From: Eledone cirrhosa
Taxonomy: Eukaryota
Length of the DNA stretch: 64,000 nucleotides
NCBI GenBank assembly: GCA_964016885.1
Contig: OZ024745.1
Coordinates: 75,144,001-75,208,000 of the forward strand
Direction: 5' to 3'
In this document: positions 50,652 through 64,000 of the stretch, piece by piece
How positions within the stretch are numbered: position 1 is the stretch's first letter
Layout of the letters: the number at the start of each line of letters is the position of its first letter
The notes under the pieces: generated by a model
Seen by the model: the letters and a program-made list of their open reading frames with translations, nothing else
The model's database searches: none
Told to the model about the DNA's origin: nothing
Position numbers and translations under genes: made by a program

Positions 50652-51687
50652 TCTACTATATAAATTGGAACTGGTCGGACGTTGTATATTTAAGTAAGTA
50701 AGTAGGTGTAGTCGGATAAACGTCGAAACAGCTTGGTGGAATGCAGCGAAAATTTACACAGTTATGCAGAATGACCCGAGGAGGTGTTGGGTCGACTTTC
50801 AAGCTACAACCTTCCATGGTTACTGAGAAAATCAATGAAACAGGAATTTCCCATTCAAATTGAACTGAGAGTAATCTGTGAATGCAGAAGTAAATATTTC
50901 GAGAAACGTTGCAACCGGAAGAAAACAGGAAGACAATATTTTGGTTCATGAAGATGTTCCCTGGCAATGAACGAAAAAAAAGCGAGGATAATACGTCGTT
51001 ATGTGGACCGAGAAGAACAATTTCATGCAAAGACAAGACCAAGTTTATGGTATAAATGGAGTCGTTAGACTAATATTCTATTTAAAATAACAGAATGATT
51101 TCCAGCCCCGGAGTTTAAAAATGATGTAAATAAAATTGAAAACGAAAATGCTAGAGGTTATTAAAATAGTAAAGATTTAGGCCAGTACATACGTATGCCC
51201 CGCCGGACATACACATACATACGCACACACACCCACAAACACGCGCGTATGTATAAACCTTATGCATTTCTACAGTATTTTCACAAAACTTAAGACATAG
51301 GTTACTTATGTACTCCGGATGGTCATGGGCACTTTCATTTTTCCAGATATTGATTATAGGGCCTCCCGGCAGATAACCCCCTTTAATCACTTCCTTGGAG
51401 TCGACTGAAGCACTGCAGTGCAATGCAACAAAACGTCATAACTTCTGGAGTTCGCAACCGATTTTCACAAAACTTGACACATGGGCTACGTTTGTCCTAC
51501 AGATGAATGTGAACTCTCAGAATTGGCACATATTGAGTAGGGGACCCCTGGGGGCAGGAACCCCCTTTTGGAAAAAGCCGATGATTTTGTAAAAGTATAG
51601 TTTTCGAAGCAGCACTGAAGTATTTTCATAAATGTTATACACAACTGCTATTTAATACCCGAGCAACGCCGGGTACCTCTGTTAGTA
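50652..51687 (+). mobile_element. Putative non-autonomous Helitron
   Basis: 5' TCTACTATAT, 3' hairpin cccgagcaacgccggg + gttagt, in AT context. Confidence 0.6.
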
Positions 51688-51763
51688 TATATATATATAT
51701 ATACTGTAGTACAAATTTGGTATAAATATCCATATGACGAGTTAAGTATACTTTATTTATATG

Positions 51764-51813
51764 ACAGGCTGAATGAGTTGGAGTGAATAACCCAACGAAA
51801 CTTAAGTACCTGT
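51764..51813 (+). ncRNA. Variant hammerhead motif with CUGAAUGA core
   Basis: ACAGG-CTGAATGA-GTTGG(loop)CCAAC-GAAA-CTTAAG-TA-CCTGT; related copy on the minus strand at about 36426-36472. Confidence 0.6.
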
Positions 51814-52685
51814 ACATGTCACTGTTGTAATTAATGATATATATATGACTTAAATGAAGTCACAACCAGAGCGTCCAGGATCAATGGGAAGAAGCTGGAT
51901 GGATTTACCCTTCGTCCTTGGGTTACAAGTATACATCTCATGTGAGATGCCACTGTCGGCGACTCTTTCACTCCTCACACCTTAAATGTTGCTGCAAGGG
52001 TGGGTGGGTCAATGCATCCTAAGCCGTAATTTATCGGTAAATAACATTTTTCAGCCATGTGTATTGGAGAAGTGTAGAGGAGCTGGGTCACTGATAAGAA
52101 GTTTTTGTAATCGTTAGTGGTTCGTCTTACTTAAGTATTAGACAATGCTCGTATGGGTGCTTGACTGTTAGCTCTTTAGCCTCGTTACCTCACATAGCAA
52201 TGCCGAAAGTGGCTTGGGGTGCCTAAACATTTTTTAGAGAGCAACACTAGTATTCCCTGCTGTAGTTTGTAATTGTGTGCGCATGTCTTCTCTGTCTTTT
52301 TGACTTTTCTCTATTGATTTGTGTCTTTTGTAAATCATAAACATTGCTTGTTGAATAAATAAACAGTATTCATACAGTGTTTTAGAATTATTTAGGTTGG
52401 AATATAAGTAGAGCTCGACCCTTAATTGTAATGTAAGTATCCATAATCAATGATAAAAACAACTCAAAAAGTGTGTGAATTCGTTTAAGACAGTTCACCT
52501 TGAGAACATTAAATCGTTGATACAGGGCGATATATAACAATAGAAAGAATACCAAATTCTTTATTAAACATATATATATGTATTATAATACAACGATTGA
52601 AAATAATAACAAATAAGAACACTAATATGTATAAGCGTGTCTAAAATAGTATTTATGTGAATCATTCGATAAAACTAACACTTAC

Positions 52686-52760
52686 CAACTAAACAATTAA
52701 GTCACCAGCTACCGGTGTAGACTCAAAATATATCGCCTTATATAAAATGGACACGGATGG
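52686..52760 (-). other. Candidate non-coding first exon of PTCD1
   Basis: Minus-strand donor TG|GTAAGT at 52685 in non-repetitive DNA; PTCD1 coding exon 1 has a splice acceptor upstream of its ATG. Confidence 0.35.
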
Positions 52761-53040
52761 TAAATTTATTTACATTATTTGTCTTTCGATAATTTATTTA
52801 ATTATTTATTCCCCGAATTATCTGTGACTCAGTTTTGTAATGTGGACTATTTGTGTGTAATGTGTGTGTGCGCGCGCGCGCATATGTATATATATATATA
52901 TATAAATAAATAAAATATAGTTAATAACTCATATAGATACCCTGCAATTAACAAGTAATGCACTGGGTAATTGCTGGCCTTGTGCCTAACGTAGAAACAA
53001 TTATAATATTAATATGTGTAGAAGTTTACTTCTACACATA

Positions 53041-53117
<77 letters not shown>

Positions 53118-53127
53118 ATATATATAT

Positions 53128-53539
53128 ATCTTCATTGCTGTAGTGGAGTCTGTGCTGCTGTACGGGTCTGAGACTTGGACACAGACCAAGAAACTCACTC
53201 AGATGGTGGATGGATGCTACACGAGAATGCTGAGGATGGCTCTGAACATTAATCAGTATACACTGAGGATGAAAAACTCAGAGCTGTATGGGAGCCTCCC
53301 AAAAGTCAGTTCAAAAGTGACACAGAGGAGACTGAGGTTAGCTGGACATGCAGAGCTGACACTCCACTCAGTGCTCCTGTGGGAGCCCCTGCATGGACAC
53401 ACTGGAAGAGGAAGACAAAGGTTAACGTATGTTGATGCCCTAAGGACAGACACTGGTCTGTTGGAGACGCAGGACATGGCAGCGATAATGAGGGACAGAG
53501 ACCGCTGGAGAGAACTCGTCCATGGATCTCGGGAATTTC

Positions 53540-53545
<6 letters not shown>
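53128..53545 (+). mobile_element. 5'-truncated RTE (second family) in (TA)n
   Basis: VESVLLYGSETWT...RRLRLAGHA...GRQRLTYVDAL. Confidence 0.9.
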
Positions 53546-53620
<75 letters not shown>

Positions 53621-53943
53621 GTGGCGAAGGATAACCTGGAAAGCAGAGCATGCAGTCCAATCGCCATGGCGGAGAGTGGGGCTGTGCAGCCTTACCCCCT
53701 CCCCTCAATTCACTCTAAATGACCCTCCCAGTCAAAGCCGCATGTAGTGTTATCTAGTGTGTGTGTGTTATCTTTCTTTTTATGTGTCTACGATTTAGTA
53801 AGCAGCCAAAATTCTGCTTGCTTTAACCGACGCAATTGATCAACTGAAGATTCTATAACGCATGCACTGCATGCGTTGCATGCACGCACCCTTCGCCCCT
53901 GGTATACATATATATGTATGTATATCTATATATCTATATATGT

Positions 53944-54142
53944 ATAAATATTTTGTATCTCCAAAGAAATACAGTTTTAGGAAGCCGTAGCTATGCAAAC
54001 ACAGGGGGGTGGGAGTGGGTGTGGGAGGGACCGCCCTGACGAAGGCCAGTTAAGCCTGAAATGCATAGACGGTTGTTCCCCCGGTGTTTGCATAGCTACG
54101 GCTTCCTAAAACTGTATTTCTTTGGAGATGCGAAATATTTAT
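53944..54142 (+). mobile_element. PLE-end-like hairpin (about 64-bp inverted arms) enclosing an HHR (54030-54073)
   Basis: ACCGCC-CTGACGA-AGGC(cagttaa)GCCT-GAAA-TGCA-TA-GACGGT; arms 53944-54007 / 54079-54142. Confidence 0.75.
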
Positions 54143-56104
54143 ATATATATTGTATAAAGCTATGCTTGAAGCGAAATCCTATTTCTTTTTTATATATATA
54201 TATGTATATATATATGTATACATATATATATATGTATATACAGCTATTATCTGCGACCTGATTTTGCATGTGTGTCATTTTAACGGCCTGACCGCATGCG
54301 TTGGGCAGGAAGCGAAATATTTACTTACTATAGGGCTGGCAACCTTATAGTGTGGAAATAAGCTGTCTGAAGATTCATTTCTTTCCATTGGAAATTCTCT
54401 GGATTTCCAATCTTTTGGAATGATGAAACCGTCGGTAACAGCAATAGAACAGGTGATTATTTAAATCGTTTTTTAATTTATTTAGAGAATTGTTTGATAA
54501 CCGCTTGCTCAGCTATTTTTATATTGTTCTGGTATCTCGAATTAGTACCATTGAACCACAAATATTATAAACACCTTGCATATTTCTACAAGTACATAGT
54601 GCCTGTTGAAGTATTCATCCACTTTTATAATATGTATATATACATGTATATATACATATATATATATATGCATACACACACGCACACACACACACATACA
54701 TATATATATATATGTGCAAGGGGACAGTGCTCATATTGTTCAAGCCCAAGTCAACACTGATCGAACAGACATATGATCAGAGACATTCGATCTATGATCA
54801 TCTCCGAACACAATAGATACTCCACCAGTTTCAATGACGAGCTTTCAGTTCTTTGATCAACTAAACGCCCGACTCATTAAATTAAGGTGGAAGTGGCTGA
54901 GCATTCCACCGATACGTATACCTTCAACGTAATACCCAAGAGTTGTAAGAAACACTCAGGAGTACTGGACAGCAGAATGACGTAAGTGAGGAAACCGTAC
55001 TCAAGCGTTTCAGTCCTTAACCATATATATATATATATATATAACTGTTTCTACTTTAGGAACAAGGCCAGCAATTACCCAGTGCATTACTGGTACTTTA
55101 TTTTATCGACCCCGTAAGGATGAAAGGCAAAGTCAACCTCGGCGGGATTTGAACTCAGATCGTAAAGGGACGTAACTATGATGGAAAGCATGGCGTCCGA
55201 CCCTCTACCGATACTGCCAATCCACCGCCATATCCACTACCATCGTTATATATATATATATATATATAAAAACGATGGTAGGACGTAATTGGAAGGATTT
55301 GAGTTGCGTAATATATCATTTTTCGGGAGGAATCAGGATTTTCTTTTTGTCCAATATGGTAATGTATGCTGTTCCATTGTTATCTTGTTGTAATTTGAAG
55401 ATTTTGCTCAACAATTACATTTATGTATTGTTATCACGTATTCCTAACTGAATGTTTTAGCACAGACTTCAGTTTAATAAATAGAAACACAAAACCTGAG
55501 TACTTTAGCATCTCATTGTTGAAGTTATCAGCTTTAAAATGTTTAGGGCTTGGATTAGGAAAGAAAGGAAAAAAACCTTTAACCCTTGGTGGAGTTGTAG
55601 GGGCGCTATCTGGTCACACGACGTGTCTTGAACAACTTGGTGGAGCTCATTTCTCCTTCTTCAGTTCTGAACACAACTGATTTCTTTCAAAGGAAAGAGA
55701 GAGAACCAAACCCAGTACTGTTCTGGCACTTTATTAATTGACTTCGAAATGACGAACAGCAAAATCGACTGTGGTGAGATTGGAACTCAGAGCGCAGTCA
55801 GCTAGAATAAATACCGAGGCATTTTATCCGATACCCTAACAATTCTGCCAAATCACCGCTTTTATTTAGATTAGAGTTAGGGTCAAGACTTAAGTTTGGA
55901 GTTTAAGGTTAAGATAGGGAAATATTAAAAAAAAATGATTTGTGGGTCACGAAATGATATGTGAGTTGGCGCAACTTATTCAATCACTGGACGTCATAAT
56001 CTCGATTGCGACTTAATAAAGTATATTTTCAGAACCATGTATTTGTACACAATGGCGTCGAGTAAATGTTATTTCTGTAAATAAAATTTATCTTCCTGTG
56101 GTGT

Positions 56105-56172
<68 letters not shown>

Positions 56173-56761
56173 CACATAAATACACACATACAAACATATA
56201 TGTATATTTATGTGTATATATATATATATAAATATATATATATATAAGAAATTCCTATAAAATTCTAATCTTTATACTGTCAAACATGAGTGTTTTCTTA
56301 AACTTAAATAAATATTTACAATAAATATTTGAATTCCCTAACTTAACAAAATTAAATCTAAATTAAATTTATACTTCAATAGTTTAATTAAATTTAAACA
56401 AGAGGATAAAATCAAACAGTCTTCAATCAAAATGTCTATAGTTCAACCGTCACTCGCTATATTTCTGCAGTATATTTGGTTTATAGCTCTGTTTCAACTT
56501 TTGACGAATTTTCGTCTTCTATACAGAATTAGATAAATACTAGTACATACCGCATTGCTTTACTGGCCGAATAGGAAATATTCGTTTTTTTAAACCAAAC
56601 TTTAATAAACAACACACACACACGCACACGCACACGCACACGCACACACACCCACCCACACACACACACATATGTATGTATATCCGAAACGTTAAGAGTC
56701 TTTTCCTACTATACCAAGCGTAAAACTAATAAAATATTTCTTCATTATTCTGTTTGTCTTT

Positions 56762-56797
<36 letters not shown>

Positions 56798-59064
56798 CAA
56801 TATGGTCTACCATTTGTAGAAGGGCTGGTTGGAGCCCAGATCTTGTCCCGGTTTCATGAGTGTTGAACAACTGAGAGTACAAGACGGGTCACCAATTCGT
56901 CACAGAGTTAAGCCCCAGCTTAGATGAGTGAACTGGAGCAACGTAAAATGAAGTGCCTTGCTAAAAGACACAGGCAAGTATTAGCTCTAGGAATCGATTC
57001 CACGACTTTACGGTCCTGAGATGAACACATTAAACACCAGGTCAAACGCCTTTACAGTTAATTTGTTGAAATAGTTTATTCCAGTTTCCGTGTGGAGTGG
57101 AGAAATCGACATTGTAACCACAGTTATCGATAGATTAGAGAGATGGAAAACAGTAGTCAGATTTGTTTAAGTTCATATGCCATGGTGGGGATGAGAAGCT
57201 GACAATTTGAAGAAACCCTTCATTTGTGACAAAAACTGATCTAGCAGATTTTAGGTCATCATTTCGTGTTCTACTTCATTCACCTTCTCTCGAATCATGT
57301 CAGACTAGGTTTCATTTTCCTACACACTTTAATTTATATTCCAATTGAGTGGTAGTTATTTCCTTTGTATTTTTGGACATAACAAAAACTTAGAGCTCTT
57401 GGGACTTCAGTTTGTACAATTGTTAGTAGTCTGTTAATATAGCCCAGAGCTTCTCAGTCTGGGGTTCGCTGATCCCCAAGGGCCTGTAAAGGTAGACTTG
57501 AGCTAAGTTCAAAATTTCAGGCCCCCTCTTAAAAACAATATGCATACACTACTGGGTATCCATTCTTTTCTAAGTATAAACATTTCTCTCTTTCGATTAT
57601 TATTACTGCCGTATAAAAATCTGGTAGTAGAATAATTATTACAGGGACTACATGGTACAATTCATTTAAGTAAAAGGGTTTTTTGGTATTGAAAAGGCTG
57701 GGAACCACTAATCTAACCATAGGCTCCTTACGTAAATGTTCAGCCTATTTCTTCCTTCTAAACTAACAATTCTGTTTTTGTTGCTCCAGTGAAATGTTTA
57801 ATTCATTTATAGGAAAGGAAATGACATTAATTATGAAAGGATATAAAAAAAAAAGTTGCATTCTTAAAAAATTTACTTTGGTAACTTACCAAAAAACCTT
57901 ATTGTTTATGTTACAATAAATATAGGAGCAGAAAAATGAAAAATATAGCAAAACAATGCATTGGCGTCTAGAAAAAATGAATGTATTGTTGATGTGTTAA
58001 ATACTCTTGTCTCAATGAACATTGTAATATCGAGGATTTGTAGTTTCACCCATCAAATTAATACACACAAAAACATTTATATCATATATTTTAGTCTAGA
58101 CGAATTCTGTAGAATATGTTCACAATACAACTTTGCAAAGATTATTACAAAAAACTGTTATATATGAAATTAATTAAAACAGCACTGCCAGTGAAATTTA
58201 GGCCAGAATTGTTTGTAACCAGCAATAAATACTTAAAATCGAACTCCCAAGACATGGTTGCTAGGTCTATTAGAAATAGCAGCCAAATATCCATCAAATA
58301 ACACACTAAAGAAGGGCGCATTGCATAATGTAGTCCGGGGTACACTTTACCTGAAATATATGATGTCGCCAGGATTCTACGTAACCTGGCCACTGAAATG
58401 TATATAGTGTTTGCAACAATCAAACTTTGAAGGAATTCCACCAGTCCGGCCTCCTGTTATTTTATTCAATAATAATTAACTCCGGTCCCGCACCACCAAC
58501 AGGATTCAACATCAAAGATGGATGAGTCGCGTAACTACTATTACATCATGATTAACTATTCGGAATGACCAGTTCTATCTAGTGGTGAACCACCAAACAT
58601 CAATGAATATATATATAGTGGTGTGAGTTTGTTAGACACGCTAAGTTCAGATACCATGTGCGTTATTATATATGCGCACACTATTCAGTTTTTTAATATA
58701 CTTAGAAGTGTCCAGGATACTAATTCTTCACTCACCGATGAGCAAGAATTGGTATTTCTCTTCACAATTAATTTTACGAAACAGCATTACCAAAGATGTC
58801 TGGGTGATTGGTAGTTGCCACAATTCCGGTTTGTATTTATTTTCTTGATTTATTCTTAAATTGAGTCTGGCAAAAACTAGTCTATAGTTAGTATTCTTTT
58901 CACATTAGCGAATCTGGGCCCTTACGACTTGAACACATATATGTATATATCTGTGTTAGCTTTTCTTTTATATTCTATTATAATATACGGCTCGGAAAAA
59001 TCTCTTTCCTAGAGCTATTTTATTGTAAGAGTCTATTTTGAGTTTCTAACTCAATATATACCTT

Positions 59065-59747
<683 letters not shown>

Positions 59748-59748
<1 letters not shown>

Positions 59749-62550
59749 AACGGCGATGAATTAGTTTTGCGAGGTTTTTTATATGAAATCGTGTGTCGAA
59801 ACAAATATTGTTATACTTGGGGAGGGTCATATTTGTGTAATATTGCGAGATTAATAACAGAACACACTCACTGTTTGGTTGGTTTTCGCTTTTCACTTCT
59901 GTGTCTTTTATATCGGTAATCTAATTTACTCGGTCCTCAATGTTGCCATTGACTGATCAACGGTCAAAAATAATACAGATACAATATAGACGCAAACACA
60001 TATATATAGTTTATCATAAATCTTTCGTTGCACATCTGCACTATCGTCAGTGGTGCTATTGTTTCCTCCTGTTGAATTGTATGGCTACACCATTTTTATT
60101 CAGTCTGTCTATATATTTATTTATTTATTTGCTTGTTTGTTTATTTTATTTTGTCTTCTTTGCGCATGCGTTTGCGTGTGTGTATAGTGTTTTGTTTGAT
60201 GTGTGATGTGTGTTCGTGATTGGGTGACTAATGTGTGTTTATGTGTTTGTTGTTATTGTGCTTGTGTATGTATTTATTTATTTATTTTATTTATTTATTT
60301 AATTTAATTTAATTTATTTATTTATACTTCTCTTAGGTCAGTGTTGTTTGTTTGGGTGTTGTTGTTATTCCATTCATTCTTTCTGTTTAGTCTTGGTCTT
60401 CTAAGTTCTATTTCACTGGCCTCTCTGATTTGCCTATCTGCTGGGTCATTTCTATGTTTAGATATTATTCTAATTTCTATGTTGTCTATGTTACCGTCAT
60501 GTTGTTGTCTGGCATGTTCGTATAGTACTGATCCGTCTTTTCGTCCTTTTAGTTCCCCCCAGTGTTGGTCTATCCTTTCACCTATGCTACGAGCTGTCTC
60601 ACCTATGTATGTTGTTGTCATGTTTCTGCAGGTACCCTCTGTACATCTTATGCTATAGACTACGTTTCTAGTTTTACAGTTTATCCGGGGGTTTACCTTA
60701 CATATGATACATTTCCTATTGGTACAGTGGGTTTTCTTAAAAGGGTAGGTTTTGCTGATCAGGGATTTTATGGTGGTTCCTGGCTTTTCTACCACCTTAA
60801 TTTTTAAGTGGGTCTTTCTCAGGGCCTTTCTACACTGGTTAGCTAATTTCCCTCCAGGGGTAGCGTCCACAAACATGACACTCTGGTATCTCTGGTTGTC
60901 GTACCATGAGGTGGCTTTCCCTGTCTTATGTTTAGCCCTATCTAAGCTATTCCATGATTTGCTCCTGTATAATGGGCAAATTCCTTTCATGTCCAGTTCT
61001 ATGAGGGTCTTATACTTCTCCATGGCTCCTTCGTATACTCTGACTCTGTCTCTTTGGTTGTAGCCAGAGAACTGCATGCGGTTGATGAAGTGTTGGATGT
61101 GTCTTTCCATTTCTGTTGGGTCGCACATGCGGGACATATTCTTCATCACTCGTACCAAATCTGCGATCAGAATATTAAACTTAGCACTACTGGACATTGC
61201 TGAGTTTTTGAGTATCAGGTATTTGGAGGCCATAGGTTTAGCATAGTGTGAGTGGAGAATTTGGGCTCTCTCGTCTATAGTGTTAATCCAGAGTTCTGTG
61301 TCTAATACAGGTAGTCTATTGTTAGGGTGTTTGGAAAGGTAGTCGATAGTTACAGTTATACTATGGTGTATGGAATTAGCTATCTGCTGGATGCTTTCCA
61401 TTGTGCTACGTTCTAAATCAAACTTGTTAGTGCTCTCTAGTGGGAATGTTCTTATAACTATATTGATATCGTCTACATCACGAGAGTACATGATGAGGTC
61501 TATGGAGCACTCATTAAGGGGATCTTTAAGTCGCCTTTCCCACCATACCATGAAAAGGTTGGCAACATCACCAGCTAGGCTGACGCCAATGGCTGCTCCT
61601 TCATTTTGGGTGTAGATCTTCTCGTTGAACTTAAATATGTGGCCCTTGAGGGTAGTTTTGATACTAGCCCCTATTGCATGTGCGACCATTTTTCTTACCT
61701 GATCATTGTTTTGGGGGGTCCGTATAGCTTTGGTCCACCCAATCCACCTTCCCATGGGAGTCTTTTTCGCCATTGGGGTTATGGTGGGGGGTCTACCTCT
61801 TATGGGTCTACTAGGGCAGAAACGTCTAAGGTCATGGCTGTCTAGGTAGTCAGTGTCGTAGGTAAGTCTAAGTAGGAGGCCCAGTTCGTCTGTGTCGACG
61901 TCGCAGAACTCCACCTCACTCTCAATGATCATCTCCACACATTTTTCCACAGCAAAATCAATGTTAATGGATGGGTACAGTGACACCACATCCATGCTGC
62001 CTATTATGCAGTTGGATAGGTTCCTGTTTTTGTTGCACTCACTGATTCTGCTGAGGAGGTCCTCTGTACTGTCACATACATCCGGGGACATCTTGATTAT
62101 GGGGCGTATAACCATTGAGAGGAAGTAGGAGATCCTGTAGTTGCTAGCTATATTAGCTCCGCATACGGGTCTTGTTGGTGGTCCTGTTGTCGAGTCGTCG
62201 ACTGTCTTGTGGTTTTGCGGAGCCCATACAAGGGTGGTATGCCATTGTTAGACGCCTGGAAGTTGTTGGCAGTGCGTCTGCTTGGCTTTAGGATGTCAGT
62301 CCACATCATCATGTGAGCGTTGAGGATTTTCTCTCTCCCATCGTGTGTTTGTTGTGCAATTTCGCTCGTGTTGGTGATGTGGGGTTGCATAGCCTTGATG
62401 TAGTTCTGTATGCTATCTATTGACATCCTACCAGACTTATCCGTGGGTAGACACAGAAGCGAAAAGCGAAAACCAACCAAACAGTGAGTGTGTTCTGTTA
62501 TTAATTCTGGCAATATTACACAAATATGACCCTCCCCAAGTATAACAATA
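59748..62550 (-). mobile_element. Penelope-like retroelement, 5'-truncated, with inverted pseudo-LTR (62449-62550) and RT + GIY-YIG ORF (60322-62115; upstream frameshifted part to about 62445)
   Basis: RPII, SMDVVSLYPSI, GAAIG, RDVDD (YVDD variant), LPVLD; CxxC..C..RNVVYSIRC...TYIGET.RSIGERIDQH...EASEI...LN; 62449-62550 is the reverse complement of 59805-59906; (TA)n on both sides. Confidence 0.95.
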
Positions 62551-62632
62551 TATATATATATATGTATATGTATATGTATATATGTATATATGTATATGTA
62601 TATGTATATATGTATATATATATGTATATGTA

Positions 62633-62761
<129 letters not shown>

Positions 62762-62796
62762 GGAAATAGCGAGAGTCGATGGCTCCGTTAATTTAT

Positions 62797-62827
<31 letters not shown>

Positions 62828-62841
62828 AATGCATATACGTA

Positions 62842-62898
<57 letters not shown>

Positions 62899-62939
62899 TA
62901 TATATTATATATATATTTGTGTGTGTGTGTAAAATATTA

Positions 62940-62987
<48 letters not shown>

Positions 62988-63329
62988 GATCTATCTATCT
63001 ACCCCTGTGGCAAATAAAGAAAGATATCTATCTACCTATTTATATCTGTTCTATTTATTTAATACAAATGAAAAATAATAATTGAAACATGAATGGACAT
63101 TTTCTAAATTATTTTTATACTTGCACTTTTAAAGTTGCCTTATAAATAATTCTTTCTCTTTTAGATCAAATACATGGAGATATATATTAACAAATTAAAA
63201 CTATTATTTGAAAGCTCGGAAAAAATTTAAAATTTACTCAATTTATTTACACATTGAATCATTTTTTGAATTAATTAATTAGTTATATATATATATATAT
63301 ATTTTTTTATCAGAATCTGATTCATAAAC

Positions 63330-63618
63330 TTTAGTTTGTACTCTCTCACTCTCACTTTCACCCAGTTCTCTCTCGTTCAGCGCTCTCTTTCTTTCCTCCA
63401 CCCCCTCTCTCTCATCCAGTTGTCTCTTTGTTTTTCTCTCTTTCTCTATCTCACTTAGTTCTCTCTCTCTCTCACTCTCTCTCGCCCAGTTCTCTATTTC
63501 TTTCTCTTTCACTATCTCTCTCAGATCTTATTCTCTCTCTCATCAACATGTTTCTCTCGCGCCCTCTCTCTCTCCCCTCCCATCAACACGCTTCTCCTCC
63601 CCCATCAACACGTTTCTC

Positions 63619-63691
<73 letters not shown>

Positions 63692-63800
63692 ACATTTCTC
63701 CTCCCATCGAGACCTCTTTCTCTCTCTCTCACATCTCCTCCCATCAACACTTCTCTCTCTCTCTCCCCCTCTCTCTCAGATCTCCTCCCATCAACACTTC

Positions 63801-63833
<33 letters not shown>

Positions 63834-64000
63834 TCTCTCTCTCTCCCTCTCTCTCTCACATCTCCTCCCATCACCACTTCTCTCTCTCTCTATCCCTCTC
63901 TCTCTCACATCTCCTCCCATCAACACTTCTCTCTCTCTCTCCCGCTCTCTCTCTCACATCTCCCATCAACACTTCTCTCTCTCTCTCGTCCTCTCTCTCT
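63330..64000. repeat. (CT)n microsatellite with a recurring ctcctcccatcaacac motif
   Basis: Seen directly. Confidence 0.9.

Noticed and set aside
54420-54452. First coding exon of a divergent + strand gene (MMKPSVTAIEQ|gt)
   Set aside because: Weak donor, and I could not identify any downstream + strand exon
55870-55920. Telomeric repeat
   Set aside because: Only one exact TTAGGG among degenerate hexamers
63279-63926. ER-rich ORFs
   Set aside because: Translations of the (CT)n/(GA)n microsatellite

Overview
Eukaryotic, AT-rich, repeat-dense animal DNA. The SINE, RTE and microsatellite content resembles a coleoid cephalopod such as octopus, which is an inference. Two intron-containing genes converge tail-to-tail: TVP23 (+, six coding exons, 24230-31272, 214 aa) and PTCD1 (-, nine coding exons, 48601-33132, 719 aa); in both, splice sites and exon phases are consistent. 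Most of the rest is retroelements (RTE, CR1, Penelope-like elements [PLEs], SINEs), a Tc1/mariner fragment and Helitron-like elements, many inserted into (TA)n tracts. The main hidden signal is a hammerhead-ribozyme (HHR)/Penelope system. Two non-coding tandem arrays (310-bp unit, about 12 copies, 12.9-16.6 kb; 467-bp unit, about 2.1 copies, 44.0-45.1 kb) carry one minimal type-I hammerhead per unit. Both show a PLE-type insertion signature: 5' inverted copy, unpaired 3' tail and (TA)n target. They look like retrozymes reverse-transcribed from circular or multimeric RNA by a PLE enzyme. A protein-coding PLE with the same end structure and several HHR-bearing PLE-end palindromes lie in the same window. 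All structures were read by eye; no folding or database search was run.
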